This document shows, piece after piece, positions 18,922-28,259 of a stretch of DNA of 64,000 bases; the first letter of the stretch is position 1; the number at the start of each line of letters is the position of its first letter. Both the position numbers and the translations under genes were made by a program. Under the pieces are notes generated by a model that was given only the letters and a program-made list of their open reading frames with translations, was not told where the DNA came from and ran no database searches. Source of the DNA: Candidatus Palauibacter sp. (GTDB lineage Bacteria > Gemmatimonadota > Gemmatimonadetes > Palauibacterales > Palauibacteraceae); the NCBI RefSeq assembly GCF_965237495.1, contig NZ_OZ250143.1:515918-579917 (forward strand), in the 5' to 3' direction.

Positions 18922-19714
18922 GCACCCGTTGGAGGCGGTCGAGCGCGATCTCAGGGTGTCGCCGCGGCGGCGTCTCGAGCTGATCGAGGAGCTGGGTGCG
19001 GACGCGGAGGCGCTCCAGGACGAGCTGCAGCGTCGGGGTCACCGCCCGGCTCAGGCCCGCCGGGCCGCGCTTCGGCGACTCGTCCCGACCGAGGAGGCGC
19101 TCGGGGAGCTTGAAGCGCAGCACGCGCCCCCTCTTGGCCGCTGGGTGCGGACCGCCGGGTGGCTCGACCGGGTGGAGCGTCTCGGCGTCGGGGCGGCCGC
19201 AGTCGTGGCCGGTGCGGCGGCGCTGGTTGTGGTTTGGTGGCACGCCCCCGCGAGCCCCACCCCCATTCTGGCCTGGCCCCAGGTGGCCGTGGTCGCGCTT
19301 CTCGCCGCCAACTGGACCCGGGCAGCCAAGCGCCTATGGATCGACGGAGACCTGCGACCGGCATTCCGTCAGCAACTGTGGCATCGGCAGATCGGCCTCG
19401 TCGTCGCGGCGATCGCCCTCGGGGCACTGGGGGCCGCCTGGGAGGGGTACAGCACGTTGGGCGCGCTCGAAGCCGAAGCCGCTGTGAGACGCCCAGCGGT
19501 GTGGGACGCCGTTCGCCGGAGCGTCTCCTTCGCCGCGCTCGGTCTAGGCGCTGCGATCTTCGGGCTCTTCGGCTGGCTCGCGATCACCCCACGTCTCATC
19601 ACCGACGAGATGATCGAGCGTCGCATTTCGATGTTCTTCACCCGTCCGCCGCTCACACTGACCTCATCCGGACTCGCCTCAACCAGACTCACATCAACCA
19701 AAGGGAGGGAATGA
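18911..19714 (+). CDS. Membrane protein with HAAS-like N-terminal helical domain
   Basis: LRVSPRRRLELIEEL...RRGHRPAQARRAALRRL followed by about four TM segments; overlaps padR stop. Confidence 0.7.
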   Translation: MRRKHPLEAVERDLRVSPRRRLELIEELGADAEALQDELQRRGHRPAQARRAALRRLVPTEEALGELEAQHAPPLGRWVRTAGWLDRVERLGVGAAAVVAGAAALVVVWWHAPASPTPILAWPQVAVVALLAANWTRAAKRLWIDGDLRPAFRQQLWHRQIGLVVAAIALGALGAAWEGYSTLGALEAEAAVRRPAVWDAVRRSVSFAALGLGAAIFGLFGWLAITPRLITDEMIERRISMFFTRPPLTLTSSGLASTRLTSTKGRE

Positions 19715-20085
19715 TGTCCTTCATCTCATCGCTCGGAGTCATCCAGTATCCGCTCTGGATCGTCCTTGCTCTGGTGCTGTTTCAGATCGGCCGCGCAACG
19801 ACCGACCTGGTTCGCCGCGAAGCCGCGGTCGACGGGCTGCGCATCCATTCAATTCTCATTCTGGGGGCCCTCGCGGCGTGCGTCGGCGTCCTCGGGTCGC
19901 TGGTCGGGGTGTGGATGGCGGCCGACTTCATCTCCCGGGCGGGTGACGTAAGCCCGGCGTTGGTCTGGAGCGGCATCCAGGTGGCACTGGGTTCCTCGAT
20001 CGTCGGCTTCCTCATCCTGGGCCTCGCGTCCGTCGCCTGGCTCGCTCTCCAATACACCGCGGCGCGCCGACAATCGGCCATCTAG
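19711..20085 (+). CDS. Small 3-TM protein, MotA/TolQ/ExbB proton-channel-like
   Basis: LGALAACVGVLGSLVGV...VSPALVWSGIQVALGSSIVG resembles ExbB TM2/TM3; ATGA overlap, GGAGG RBS. Confidence 0.72.
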   Translation: MMSFISSLGVIQYPLWIVLALVLFQIGRATTDLVRREAAVDGLRIHSILILGALAACVGVLGSLVGVWMAADFISRAGDVSPALVWSGIQVALGSSIVGFLILGLASVAWLALQYTAARRQSAI

Positions 20086-20118
20086 AGGAGCCCGGAGCGC
20101 CCAACGCGGCGGCACCCG

Positions 20119-20148
20119 TTGCACCGGCCCGGCGGCCCGTTCTAGACT
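20119..20148 (+). promoter_or_regulatory. Candidate sigma70 promoter for the coxSLM-like operon
   Basis: TTGCAC-18 bp-TAGACT about 90 bp upstream of ATG 20236. Confidence 0.4.
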
Positions 20149-20235
20149 GATTCCCCCCGGCCGATGGGCGGCCGGATGAGTCCCGTTCTGGAGCTCCGCC
20201 GGCGCTCTTGCCGGCACAGGATCAGGAGTGGCCGC

Positions 20236-20703
<468 letters not shown>

Positions 20704-20727
20704 GCGGCCAGGGGAGGGACGAGAGAT

Positions 20728-23091
20728 ATGGCGACGGCTGAGAAATACGTAGGCGGCGGGGTCCCCAGGAAAGAGGATCCCAAGCTCCTCACCGGGCAGG
20801 GCCAGTTCGTGGAAGGCCTCACGCTGCCCGGCATGCTTCACATGGCACTCGTGCGCAGCCCGTTCGGATCGGCGCGCATCAACTCGGTGGATGTGTCCGC
20901 CGCCAGCGCCGCGGACGGCGTGGTGGCCGCGTTCAGCGGGGCGGACCTGGCCGGAGAATGGGCGGCCGGGCTGCCCATGGCGTGGCCCGTGACGGACGAC
21001 ATCCGGATCCCCGACCACTGGCCCGTGGCGCAGGATGTCGCGCGCTACGTGGGCGACGCGGTCGCGGTCGTGGTGGCGACCAGCCGCAACTCGGCGCTCG
21101 ACGCGGCGGAACTGGTGGAGGTCGACTACGAGGTGATGCAGGCGGTCGTGGACGTGGAGGCGGCGCTGGCCGACGACGCGCCCCGCGTGCACGAGTCGTT
21201 CGACGACAACAAGAGTTACACCTGGACCCTGACCAACGGCGACGTGGACGCGGCGTTCGCCAAGGCCGACGTCGTGGTCAAGGAGCGCTACACGCAGCCC
21301 CGGCTGATCCCGAACGCGATGGAGCCGCGCGCGGTCGTCGTCCAGTCGGTGCCCGCGGCGGGCGACTACACCGTCTGGTCGACCACGCAGATCCCGCACG
21401 TGGCGAAGGTGTTGTTCGCGCTCACGCTGGGGATTCCGGAGTCGCAGATGCGCGTGATCGCGCCGGATGTGGGCGGCGGCTTCGGCTCGAAGCTCAACGT
21501 GTACGCGGAGGAAGCGCTCTGCATCGCCCTCGCGCGCAGGCTCCGCAGACCGGTCAAGTGGGTGGCGAGCCGGAGCGAGGGGTATGTGGCCACGATCCAC
21601 GGCCGGGACCAGGTGCAGGAGATCGAGATCGCGGCGACCTCGGACGGCAGGATTCTGGGGTACCGGGTGAACATCCTCGCGGCCATGGGCGCCTATCTGC
21701 AGCTCGTGGCGCCGGGGGTCCCGCTTCTCGGGGCCTTCCTCTACTGCGGCTGCTACGGCGGGGAGGCGTACCACTTCGAGTGCACGGGCGTTTTCACGAA
21801 CACGACGCCGACGGACGCCTACCGCGGCGCGGGCCGGCCCGAGGCCACCTACGCGATCGAGCGGGCGATGGACGTGCTCGCCCGCGAGGTCGGGGTCGAC
21901 CCGACCGAGATCCGGCGGCGGAACTTCCTCCCGGCGGGCGACATGGTCCAGAGCCCGGGCGGCCTCGCCTTCGACTCGGCGAACTACGAGCCCGCGCTGG
22001 ACCGTGCCCTGGAACTGCTGGACTACGACGGGTTCCGCCGCGACCAGGCGGAGCGCAGGGAGAGCGGGGCGGGCAAGCAGATCGGCGTCGGGTTCTCCTC
22101 CTACGTGGAGATCTGCGGGCTCGCCCCCTCGCAGGTGCTGGCTTCGCTGAAATACGCGGCGGGCGGCTGGGACGCGGCCACGGTGCGCATGCTGCCGACC
22201 GGGAAAGCGGAGGTCGTGACGGGCAGCTCGCCGCACGGGCAGGGGCACGTGACCTCATGGTCCCAGATCGCGGCGGACGCGCTCGGGATTCCGTACGAGG
22301 ATGTCACGGTGCTGCACGGCGATACACATGTCGCGCCCCACGGGATGAACACATACGGAAGCCGCAGTCTCGCGGTGGCCGGGGTCGCGGTCTACAAGGC
22401 CTGCGGCCGGGTCGTCGACAAAGCGCGGCTCCTGGCGGCGCACCTGCTCGAGGTCGCGCCCGAGGATCTCGACTACGAGGCGGGGACCTTCTCCGTGAAG
22501 GGGGTTCCGGACCGCACGAAGTCGATGCCCGAACTCGCCTTCGCGGCGTGGACCGCCCACAGCCTGCCGGAGGGCTCGGAGCCCGGGCTCGAAGCGGGCT
22601 GTGTGTACGATCCGCCGAACTTCACCTTCCCGTTCGGTACGCACGTCGCCGTGGTCGAGGTGGACACCGACACGGGAGCCGTGGAGCTCGTCCGCTACAT
22701 CGCGGTCGACGACTGCGGGCCGGTGATCAACCCGGTGATCGTGGACGGACAGGTACACGGCGGCGTGGCGCAGGGGATCGCGGCCGCGCTGTACGAGGAG
22801 GCGACCTACGCCGAAGACGGGACGCTCGAGACCTCCTCCATGATCAACTATCTCGTGCCGTCGGCGGCCGAGTTCCCGTTCTTCGAGACGGACCGGACGG
22901 TGACGCCCAGTACCTCGAACCCGATGGGGGTGAAGGGGATCGGCGAGGCGGGGACGATCGGTTCCGCGCCGGCGGTCATCAACGCGGTCGTGGACGCGCT
23001 CGCGCACCTCGGCGTGACGGACGTCCCGATGCCGGCGACTCCGGAACGAGTATGGCGAGCCATTCAGGCGACGCAGGGAGGTGAGGCATGA
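20728..23091 (+). CDS. Xanthine dehydrogenase-family molybdopterin subunit (form II CoxL-like)
   Basis: GGGFGSK, AYRGAGRPE active-site loop (not the AYxCSFR of form I CODH), GQGH, GVKGIGEAG. Confidence 0.93.
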   Translation: MATAEKYVGGGVPRKEDPKLLTGQGQFVEGLTLPGMLHMALVRSPFGSARINSVDVSAASAADGVVAAFSGADLAGEWAAGLPMAWPVTDDIRIPDHWPVAQDVARYVGDAVAVVVATSRNSALDAAELVEVDYEVMQAVVDVEAALADDAPRVHESFDDNKSYTWTLTNGDVDAAFAKADVVVKERYTQPRLIPNAMEPRAVVVQSVPAAGDYTVWSTTQIPHVAKVLFALTLGIPESQMRVIAPDVGGGFGSKLNVYAEEALCIALARRLRRPVKWVASRSEGYVATIHGRDQVQEIEIAATSDGRILGYRVNILAAMGAYLQLVAPGVPLLGAFLYCGCYGGEAYHFECTGVFTNTTPTDAYRGAGRPEATYAIERAMDVLAREVGVDPTEIRRRNFLPAGDMVQSPGGLAFDSANYEPALDRALELLDYDGFRRDQAERRESGAGKQIGVGFSSYVEICGLAPSQVLASLKYAAGGWDAATVRMLPTGKAEVVTGSSPHGQGHVTSWSQIAADALGIPYEDVTVLHGDTHVAPHGMNTYGSRSLAVAGVAVYKACGRVVDKARLLAAHLLEVAPEDLDYEAGTFSVKGVPDRTKSMPELAFAAWTAHSLPEGSEPGLEAGCVYDPPNFTFPFGTHVAVVEVDTDTGAVELVRYIAVDDCGPVINPVIVDGQVHGGVAQGIAAALYEEATYAEDGTLETSSMINYLVPSAAEFPFFETDRTVTPSTSNPMGVKGIGEAGTIGSAPAVINAVVDALAHLGVTDVPMPATPERVWRAIQATQGGEA

Positions 23092-23951
23092 TTCCGGCTT
23101 CCTTCGAATACGAGCGCGCGGGGTCCCTCGACGAGGCGCTGAGTCTTCTCGCCCAGGGAGGGGAAGACGCGCGGCCGCTGGCCGGCGGACATTCACTGCT
23201 GCCGCTGATGCGGCTGCGGCTGGCGCGGCCGACGCTGCTGGTGGACATCGGCGGTCTGGACGAGCTGCGGGGGGTGCACTCGGATGGCGACGCGGTCTCG
23301 ATCGGCGCGCTGACGACGCATCACGAGCTTGCGGGCGCCTCGGAGCTGACGGGCGGCTGTGGGCTCATCGCCAAGGTGGCGCAGGGGATCGGCGACCCGC
23401 AGGTGCGGCATCGAGGCACCATCGGCGGCTCCGTCGCGCACGCGGATCCGGCCTCGGACCTGCCCACGGCGCTGCTCGCGCTCGACGCGGAGATCTCGGT
23501 GGCGGGGAGCGGCGGCACGCGCTGGGTCGCCGCGGCCGACTTCTTCGTCGGGCCGTTCATGCCGGCCATGGACTCCGGTGAGATCGTGACCGGGATCCGG
23601 GTGCCGCGAAAGGACGGCTGGGGCAGCGCGTACCACAAGTTCCAGCGGCGCGCGCAGGACTGGGCGATCGTCGGGGTCGCCGCGGTCGTGCACTGGAGCG
23701 ACGGGATCGCGGGGGCCGCGATCGGCCTCACGAACATGGGCGGCACGCCGCTACGGGCGCATGCGGTCGAGGCCGCCCTCGCCGGCGCCTCCGAGAAGGC
23801 CGAGATCATGGCGGCGGCCTCGAAGGTGTCGGAACTCGAGACGCCGCCAGCGGACGAGAACGCGAGTTCGGAGTTCCGCCTGCACCTCGCGGAAGTGCTG
23901 ATCCGGCGCGCCCTCGCGGAGGCGGCGGGCTGCCCCGGGATGAAACATTAG
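23088..23951 (+). CDS. CoxM/CutM-like FAD subunit
   Basis: LAGGHSLLPLMRLRLA, DPQVRHRGTIGGSVAHADPASD. Confidence 0.95.
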   Translation: MIPASFEYERAGSLDEALSLLAQGGEDARPLAGGHSLLPLMRLRLARPTLLVDIGGLDELRGVHSDGDAVSIGALTTHHELAGASELTGGCGLIAKVAQGIGDPQVRHRGTIGGSVAHADPASDLPTALLALDAEISVAGSGGTRWVAAADFFVGPFMPAMDSGEIVTGIRVPRKDGWGSAYHKFQRRAQDWAIVGVAAVVHWSDGIAGAAIGLTNMGGTPLRAHAVEAALAGASEKAEIMAAASKVSELETPPADENASSEFRLHLAEVLIRRALAEAAGCPGMKH

Positions 23952-24162
23952 CCCGGCTCTCTACACACTGCGCGCGTGGGCGGTCCGTCGCGGGGGATCG
24001 TGACGCAGGTCCCCCGAATTGGGGATTGCCAGGACTTGCTCGGGCGATAGACGTGCGTAGGCACGCACTTTGCCGGTCTCATTCGCTCATCCCCTCCGAC
24101 AGGGAGAGGCACCGCGGAAGACCGGGAAGACCTGTAGCCCACCGACATCAGGACGCGCGACG

Positions 24163-24300
24163 TTCCGCGCCAGAACTCAGACGAACATCTATCTGACTCC
24201 GCCGCATGCTCGAGGTTTCAGGCCCCACTGGGACACGCATGATGTATTCGTGCTGCAGGTGGAAGGGTCAAAGCGGTGGCGTCTCTACGACGGTGGACGG
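24163..24300 (+). pseudogene. Fragment of JmjC/Cupin_4 (ROXA-like) oxygenase
   Basis: [37 protein letters not shown] (HxD motif) with no plausible N- or C-terminal parts. Confidence 0.75.
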
Positions 24301-24420
24301 CTTGCCCCGCACGTCCCGGCACCTTGCCGAGCGGTGGGGCAAAGAACTGGACGCGGTACTCCGCGCACTCAACCCGGAAATCAACCCGCACGGCGGCGCG
24401 ATCGTCACTAAGGAGCCAAC

Positions 24421-25779
24421 ATCAAAAAGACAACTGTCAGCCGCCGGAACTTTCTCGTCCGGGGTAGTGGTGCCTTGGTCTCTCTCTCCTTGGGCACTGG
24501 CTGCTCGGACAACGGGATGGGTCCGGTCGTCAGTGTGCCCCCTGCGCCCCCGCCCGCGCCTCCCCCCGCGCCAACGCCACCGCCGCCGCCACCGCCGCCG
24601 CCCGAAGATCGGGTCGACGTGATCGTGGTGGGCGCCGGTCTGTCCGGGCTCGTCGCCGCATACGAGTTGGTCCGGGCGGGGCACGATGTCCGGGTTCTGG
24701 AAGCAAGAAACGCAGCCGGGGGCCGGGCGCAGACACTTCGCGAGCCCTTCGACGACGGGCTCATCGCCGAAGCTGGCCCTGCCCGAATCCCACCCGACCA
24801 TGATCGAACGCTCGGCTACATCGACCACTTCGGCATCGAGACATCTCCCTTCTATACGCAGGAAGGTGAGTACCTCATCGTTCCCGAGCAGGGCGACCGC
24901 TACCGGGAGACGCCGGGCGTGTTCCTCGGTGGGGGACGGGACACGTGGCTCAAGATTCCGGCTGGGACCGATGCCCTGCCGATGGCGTTCGCCGAAGCGC
25001 TCGGAGACCGTGTGCGGTACGGCTCGCCGGTGACGAGGGTGGTCCGGGATGAGGCCGGTGTGGTGGCCACCTACGGAACCGGCGACGCCGCGGAGGAGCT
25101 GAAGGGCAGCCACCTCATCTGCACCGTCCCCCTCCCCGTCATCGACAAGATCGTGTTCGACCCCATCCTCTCGGAAGCGAAGCGAGCGGCCTTCGAAGCC
25201 ACTTCCTACCAGGACGTCACTCGGGTCTACGTCCAGTATGCGGAACGAAATTGGGAGGGCGACGGCTTGAACGGATGGGGGCTGTCGTTAGTGGGGGGGT
25301 TCTGGGAGTTCTGGCATCCCACCTGGAATCAGCCGGGGCCTCGGGGAATTCTGATGTCCTACATGTACGGAGACATGGCGCGCACGGTCGCGGCGATGGA
25401 GCCCGGCATCATCGTGCCCGACTTCATCGATCGCTTTGATGGCTTCTTCCCCGGCTCGCGCGAGGTCGCGGAGCGCGGAACCCACTTCGCGTGGGAGCAC
25501 CAGCCTTGGATTGGGGCGGCCTACACCCAGCACGATCCCCCGTTCGCGGAGCACCCGGAACTGGCATCACCCGAGGGCCCCATTCACTTCGCTGGCGAGC
25601 ACGCCTCGGGGGAGCGGGGGTGGATGCAGGGAGCCCTCCAGTCGGGCCTGCGGGCTGCCTCGGAGATCGATGCGACGGTGACGGGGGAGCGCTCCGGCGC
25701 GGCCGTGGCAATCTCGCGGCGGCGGATGGTGCGCCGTTTCGCGGCTGGCCTCCATGCGCCGGAATGGTTGGCGGCGTGA
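24421..25779 (+). CDS. Flavin monoamine/L-amino-acid oxidase-family Tat lipoprotein; apparent ATC start
   Basis: [25 protein letters not shown]...[10 protein letters not shown]; in-frame upstream [28 protein letters not shown] = twin-arginine motif + lipobox; AAGGAG 5 nt before ATC 24421; in-frame TAA at 24409. Confidence 0.85.
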   Translation: MKKTTVSRRNFLVRGSGALVSLSLGTGCSDNGMGPVVSVPPAPPPAPPPAPTPPPPPPPPPEDRVDVIVVGAGLSGLVAAYELVRAGHDVRVLEARNAAGGRAQTLREPFDDGLIAEAGPARIPPDHDRTLGYIDHFGIETSPFYTQEGEYLIVPEQGDRYRETPGVFLGGGRDTWLKIPAGTDALPMAFAEALGDRVRYGSPVTRVVRDEAGVVATYGTGDAAEELKGSHLICTVPLPVIDKIVFDPILSEAKRAAFEATSYQDVTRVYVQYAERNWEGDGLNGWGLSLVGGFWEFWHPTWNQPGPRGILMSYMYGDMARTVAAMEPGIIVPDFIDRFDGFFPGSREVAERGTHFAWEHQPWIGAAYTQHDPPFAEHPELASPEGPIHFAGEHASGERGWMQGALQSGLRAASEIDATVTGERSGAAVAISRRRMVRRFAAGLHAPEWLAA

Positions 25780-26351
25780 CGCCATTCTGGCCATTTCCTG
25801 CGGGTAGCGGCCTTTCGCTCCACCACACGGGTATCCCCACTGATATTGAGGGCGCGGCAAGGCTGGCGCATGATGAGCCGTTCGAGTTTGAGAAGTGGGC
25901 CGTTACACGGATACCGAGGCTCTTGCCGAACATGGTGCAGGTCGGCGATGGCGGTATCGACGGCGTGGGGAGATTGCTCACGAAGCCCGCCAACGTGGAT
26001 TCCGACCTCGCCATCGCCCAGGTGAAGGGCGGGATGTGGAAGGCGGGCGACTTCCGCGACTTCACGGGCCGAATACCGATTCTCCCGGCAGCCACCGGAA
26101 CTTACATCACGCTCCACCCGGTTACCTCGCGCGCGGCCCACGCGGAAGCCGCACGATTGGGCGTGCTTCGTATGGACGGTGCAGCGCAGACATATCCGAG
26201 GGCGCAGTTGTGGTCCATCGTGGACTGCTTCGAGAACCGACCGCCCCGGCTGCCGCCGCTAGCCAACCCGTATACTGGGCAGGCGATGCAGCAGGAATTG
26301 CTCCAGCTCTTCCAAGCACACACGGGGGGGGAAGTTGTAGCCTGGGTATAG
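25776..26351 (+). pseudogene. Mrr-like restriction endonuclease domain, probably the C-terminal remnant of an MTase-REase fusion
   Basis: GIPTDIEGAARLA..EPFEFEKWAV...GDGGIDG...AQVKGG...FRDF...YITL; D...QxK Mrr-type motif; N-terminus looks non-homologous. Confidence 0.6.
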
Positions 26352-26388
26352 GTCCCTTGTTTTGCGGGGCGCCTGATCGACCGCTAGT

Positions 26389-28259
26389 CCCAAGACAAGC
26401 GTGATTCGGGCGGGACATCTACCAAAGAGTACCGGAAAGGCCTATCCTGATTGTAGTTATCGGATTCGGGCGGTGGACGCCCGGTCCCAACCAGGAGGCC
26501 TTTCCGGTGAAGAGAATATCGCATCGCAAGAGCAGGAGGAACAGTGCCCGTCGGAAGCGGAAGGTTCGGGCGCGGCACTGTAAGGCGGGACGCCGGCGGG
26601 CGCGGGCGAAGCCCGTGTTCTCGGCGGGCGCGGTCCACTACGAGATCGGGGCGCGGACGAGCGCGATGAGCTTCGGGGGCATCGGCGCCGTGCGGCGGCT
26701 GGTGTCGAGGCTGGGGCTGGCGCGGGGGATCGACGCCCGGCTGAACCTCTTGAAGAGACGCCTGCCGTACCACGAGTCGGACCACGTGCTGAACATCGCG
26801 TACAACCTGCTGTGCGGGCGCGCGCGGCTGGAGGATCTGAACGGCCCGCGCCACGACGCGGCGTACATGGACGCGCTGGGCGCGGCGCTGATCCCGAGTC
26901 CGACGGCGGCGGGCGACTTCACGCGGCGCTTCTCCGAGTCCGACGTGATCGAGCTGATGGAGTGCATCAACGCGGTCAGGCCGCGGCTGTGGCGGGGCCG
27001 GGGCCGGGATCTGCTGGGGCCGGTGGCCTACGTGGACGTGGACGGGACGCTGGCGCCCACGCTGGGCCGCAAGAAGGCGGGCATGGACCAGTCCTACAAG
27101 AAGGTGTGGGGCTACCACCCGCTGGTCGTGTCGCTGGCCAACACGTGCGAGGTGCTCTACGTGGTGAACCGGCCGGGCAACGCGGTGAGCCACCGGGGCG
27201 CGGCGGCGTGGATCGACAAGGCGATCGACCTTGTCTCGCCGCATGTTCCCGGGGTGTGCGTGCGCGGGGACACGGACTTCTCGCTGACCGTCAACTTCGA
27301 CCGCTGGAGCGAGCGGGCGGACTTCCTCTTCGGCTACGACGCCCAGCCGGCCATGGTCAAGCGCGCCGAGGCGCTGGAGGCCGGCGCGTGGCCGCGCCTG
27401 GAGCGCGGGCCGCGCCATGTGTCCCCGACGGGGGCGACGCGGAGCAGGCGGCCCGACGAGAAGGGACGGATCGTGCGCGAGCGGGGTTACCTCAACAAGC
27501 GGCTGAACCACGAGGACGTGGCCGAGTACGACTACCGGCCGACCAAGTGCCGCAAGACGTACCGGATGGTGGTCGTGCGAAAGAACACCGGCAAAATGAA
27601 GGGCGAGCTGTGCCTGGTGGACGAGATCCGCCACTTCTTTTACATCACCACCCGGAGGGACCTGAGCGCGGCGGAGGTCGTCCGGCTGGCCAACGCGCGC
27701 TGCGACCAGGAGAACGTGATCGAGCAGCTCAAGAACGGGGTGAACGCGCTGCGGGTGCCCGTGTACGACCTGGTGAGCAACTGGGCCTACATGGTGATGG
27801 CGGCGCTGGCGTGGAACCTCAAGAGCTGGCTCGCCATGATGATGCACCTGAAGGCCGACCGCCGGAAGTACATCGCCATGGAGTTCCGGCGCTTCGTCCG
27901 CGAGATGATCCTCGTGCCCTGCCAGGTCATCCGCCGGTCGCGGCGCACCACGCTCAGGATCATCGGCTGGCAACCCACCACCGACCGGCTGTTCAGCGTC
28001 TGGCGCACGATCGAGAGGACCGGCTTCGGCTGACGCCGCCCCCGGTTCTCCCGCTCGTCCCACGCCTCCACCCGGATCCGCGGGGACCGGTGTCTCCCGC
28101 CGCCAAATCACGCTCCCCCAAGCCCCGCCCGCCGAGCGAAGAACCCCGCATCCCCGCCCCGGAACCACCCAGAAACGGCTTTCCGGCAGGCTCTTCGGCC
28201 CATAATCCGCCACCCGAGGTCATAGTGATACCTTGGGAGCCCTACTCGCTTGTTTTAGG
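26389..28259 (+). mobile_element. IS1380-family insertion sequence
   Basis: Imperfect IRs CCCAAGACAAGCG / CGCTTGTTTTAGG around a single transposase; no perfect target duplication (CTAGT vs GCAGT). Confidence 0.85.
26507..28033 (+). CDS. IS1380 transposase (DDE_Tnp_1_4)
   Basis: VDVDGT, GYHPL, RPGN, VRGDTDF, RCDQENVIEQLKNG, NWAYM...AWNL. Confidence 0.93.
   Translation: MKRISHRKSRRNSARRKRKVRARHCKAGRRRARAKPVFSAGAVHYEIGARTSAMSFGGIGAVRRLVSRLGLARGIDARLNLLKRRLPYHESDHVLNIAYNLLCGRARLEDLNGPRHDAAYMDALGAALIPSPTAAGDFTRRFSESDVIELMECINAVRPRLWRGRGRDLLGPVAYVDVDGTLAPTLGRKKAGMDQSYKKVWGYHPLVVSLANTCEVLYVVNRPGNAVSHRGAAAWIDKAIDLVSPHVPGVCVRGDTDFSLTVNFDRWSERADFLFGYDAQPAMVKRAEALEAGAWPRLERGPRHVSPTGATRSRRPDEKGRIVRERGYLNKRLNHEDVAEYDYRPTKCRKTYRMVVVRKNTGKMKGELCLVDEIRHFFYITTRRDLSAAEVVRLANARCDQENVIEQLKNGVNALRVPVYDLVSNWAYMVMAALAWNLKSWLAMMMHLKADRRKYIAMEFRRFVREMILVPCQVIRRSRRTTLRIIGWQPTTDRLFSVWRTIERTGFG

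Noticed and set aside
20728-23091. True aerobic CO dehydrogenase
   Set aside because: Has AYRGAGR rather than AYxCSFR, S-L-M order and no accessory genes
24536-24603. CCG-rich low-complexity tract
   Set aside because: Encodes the poly-Pro linker of the oxidase
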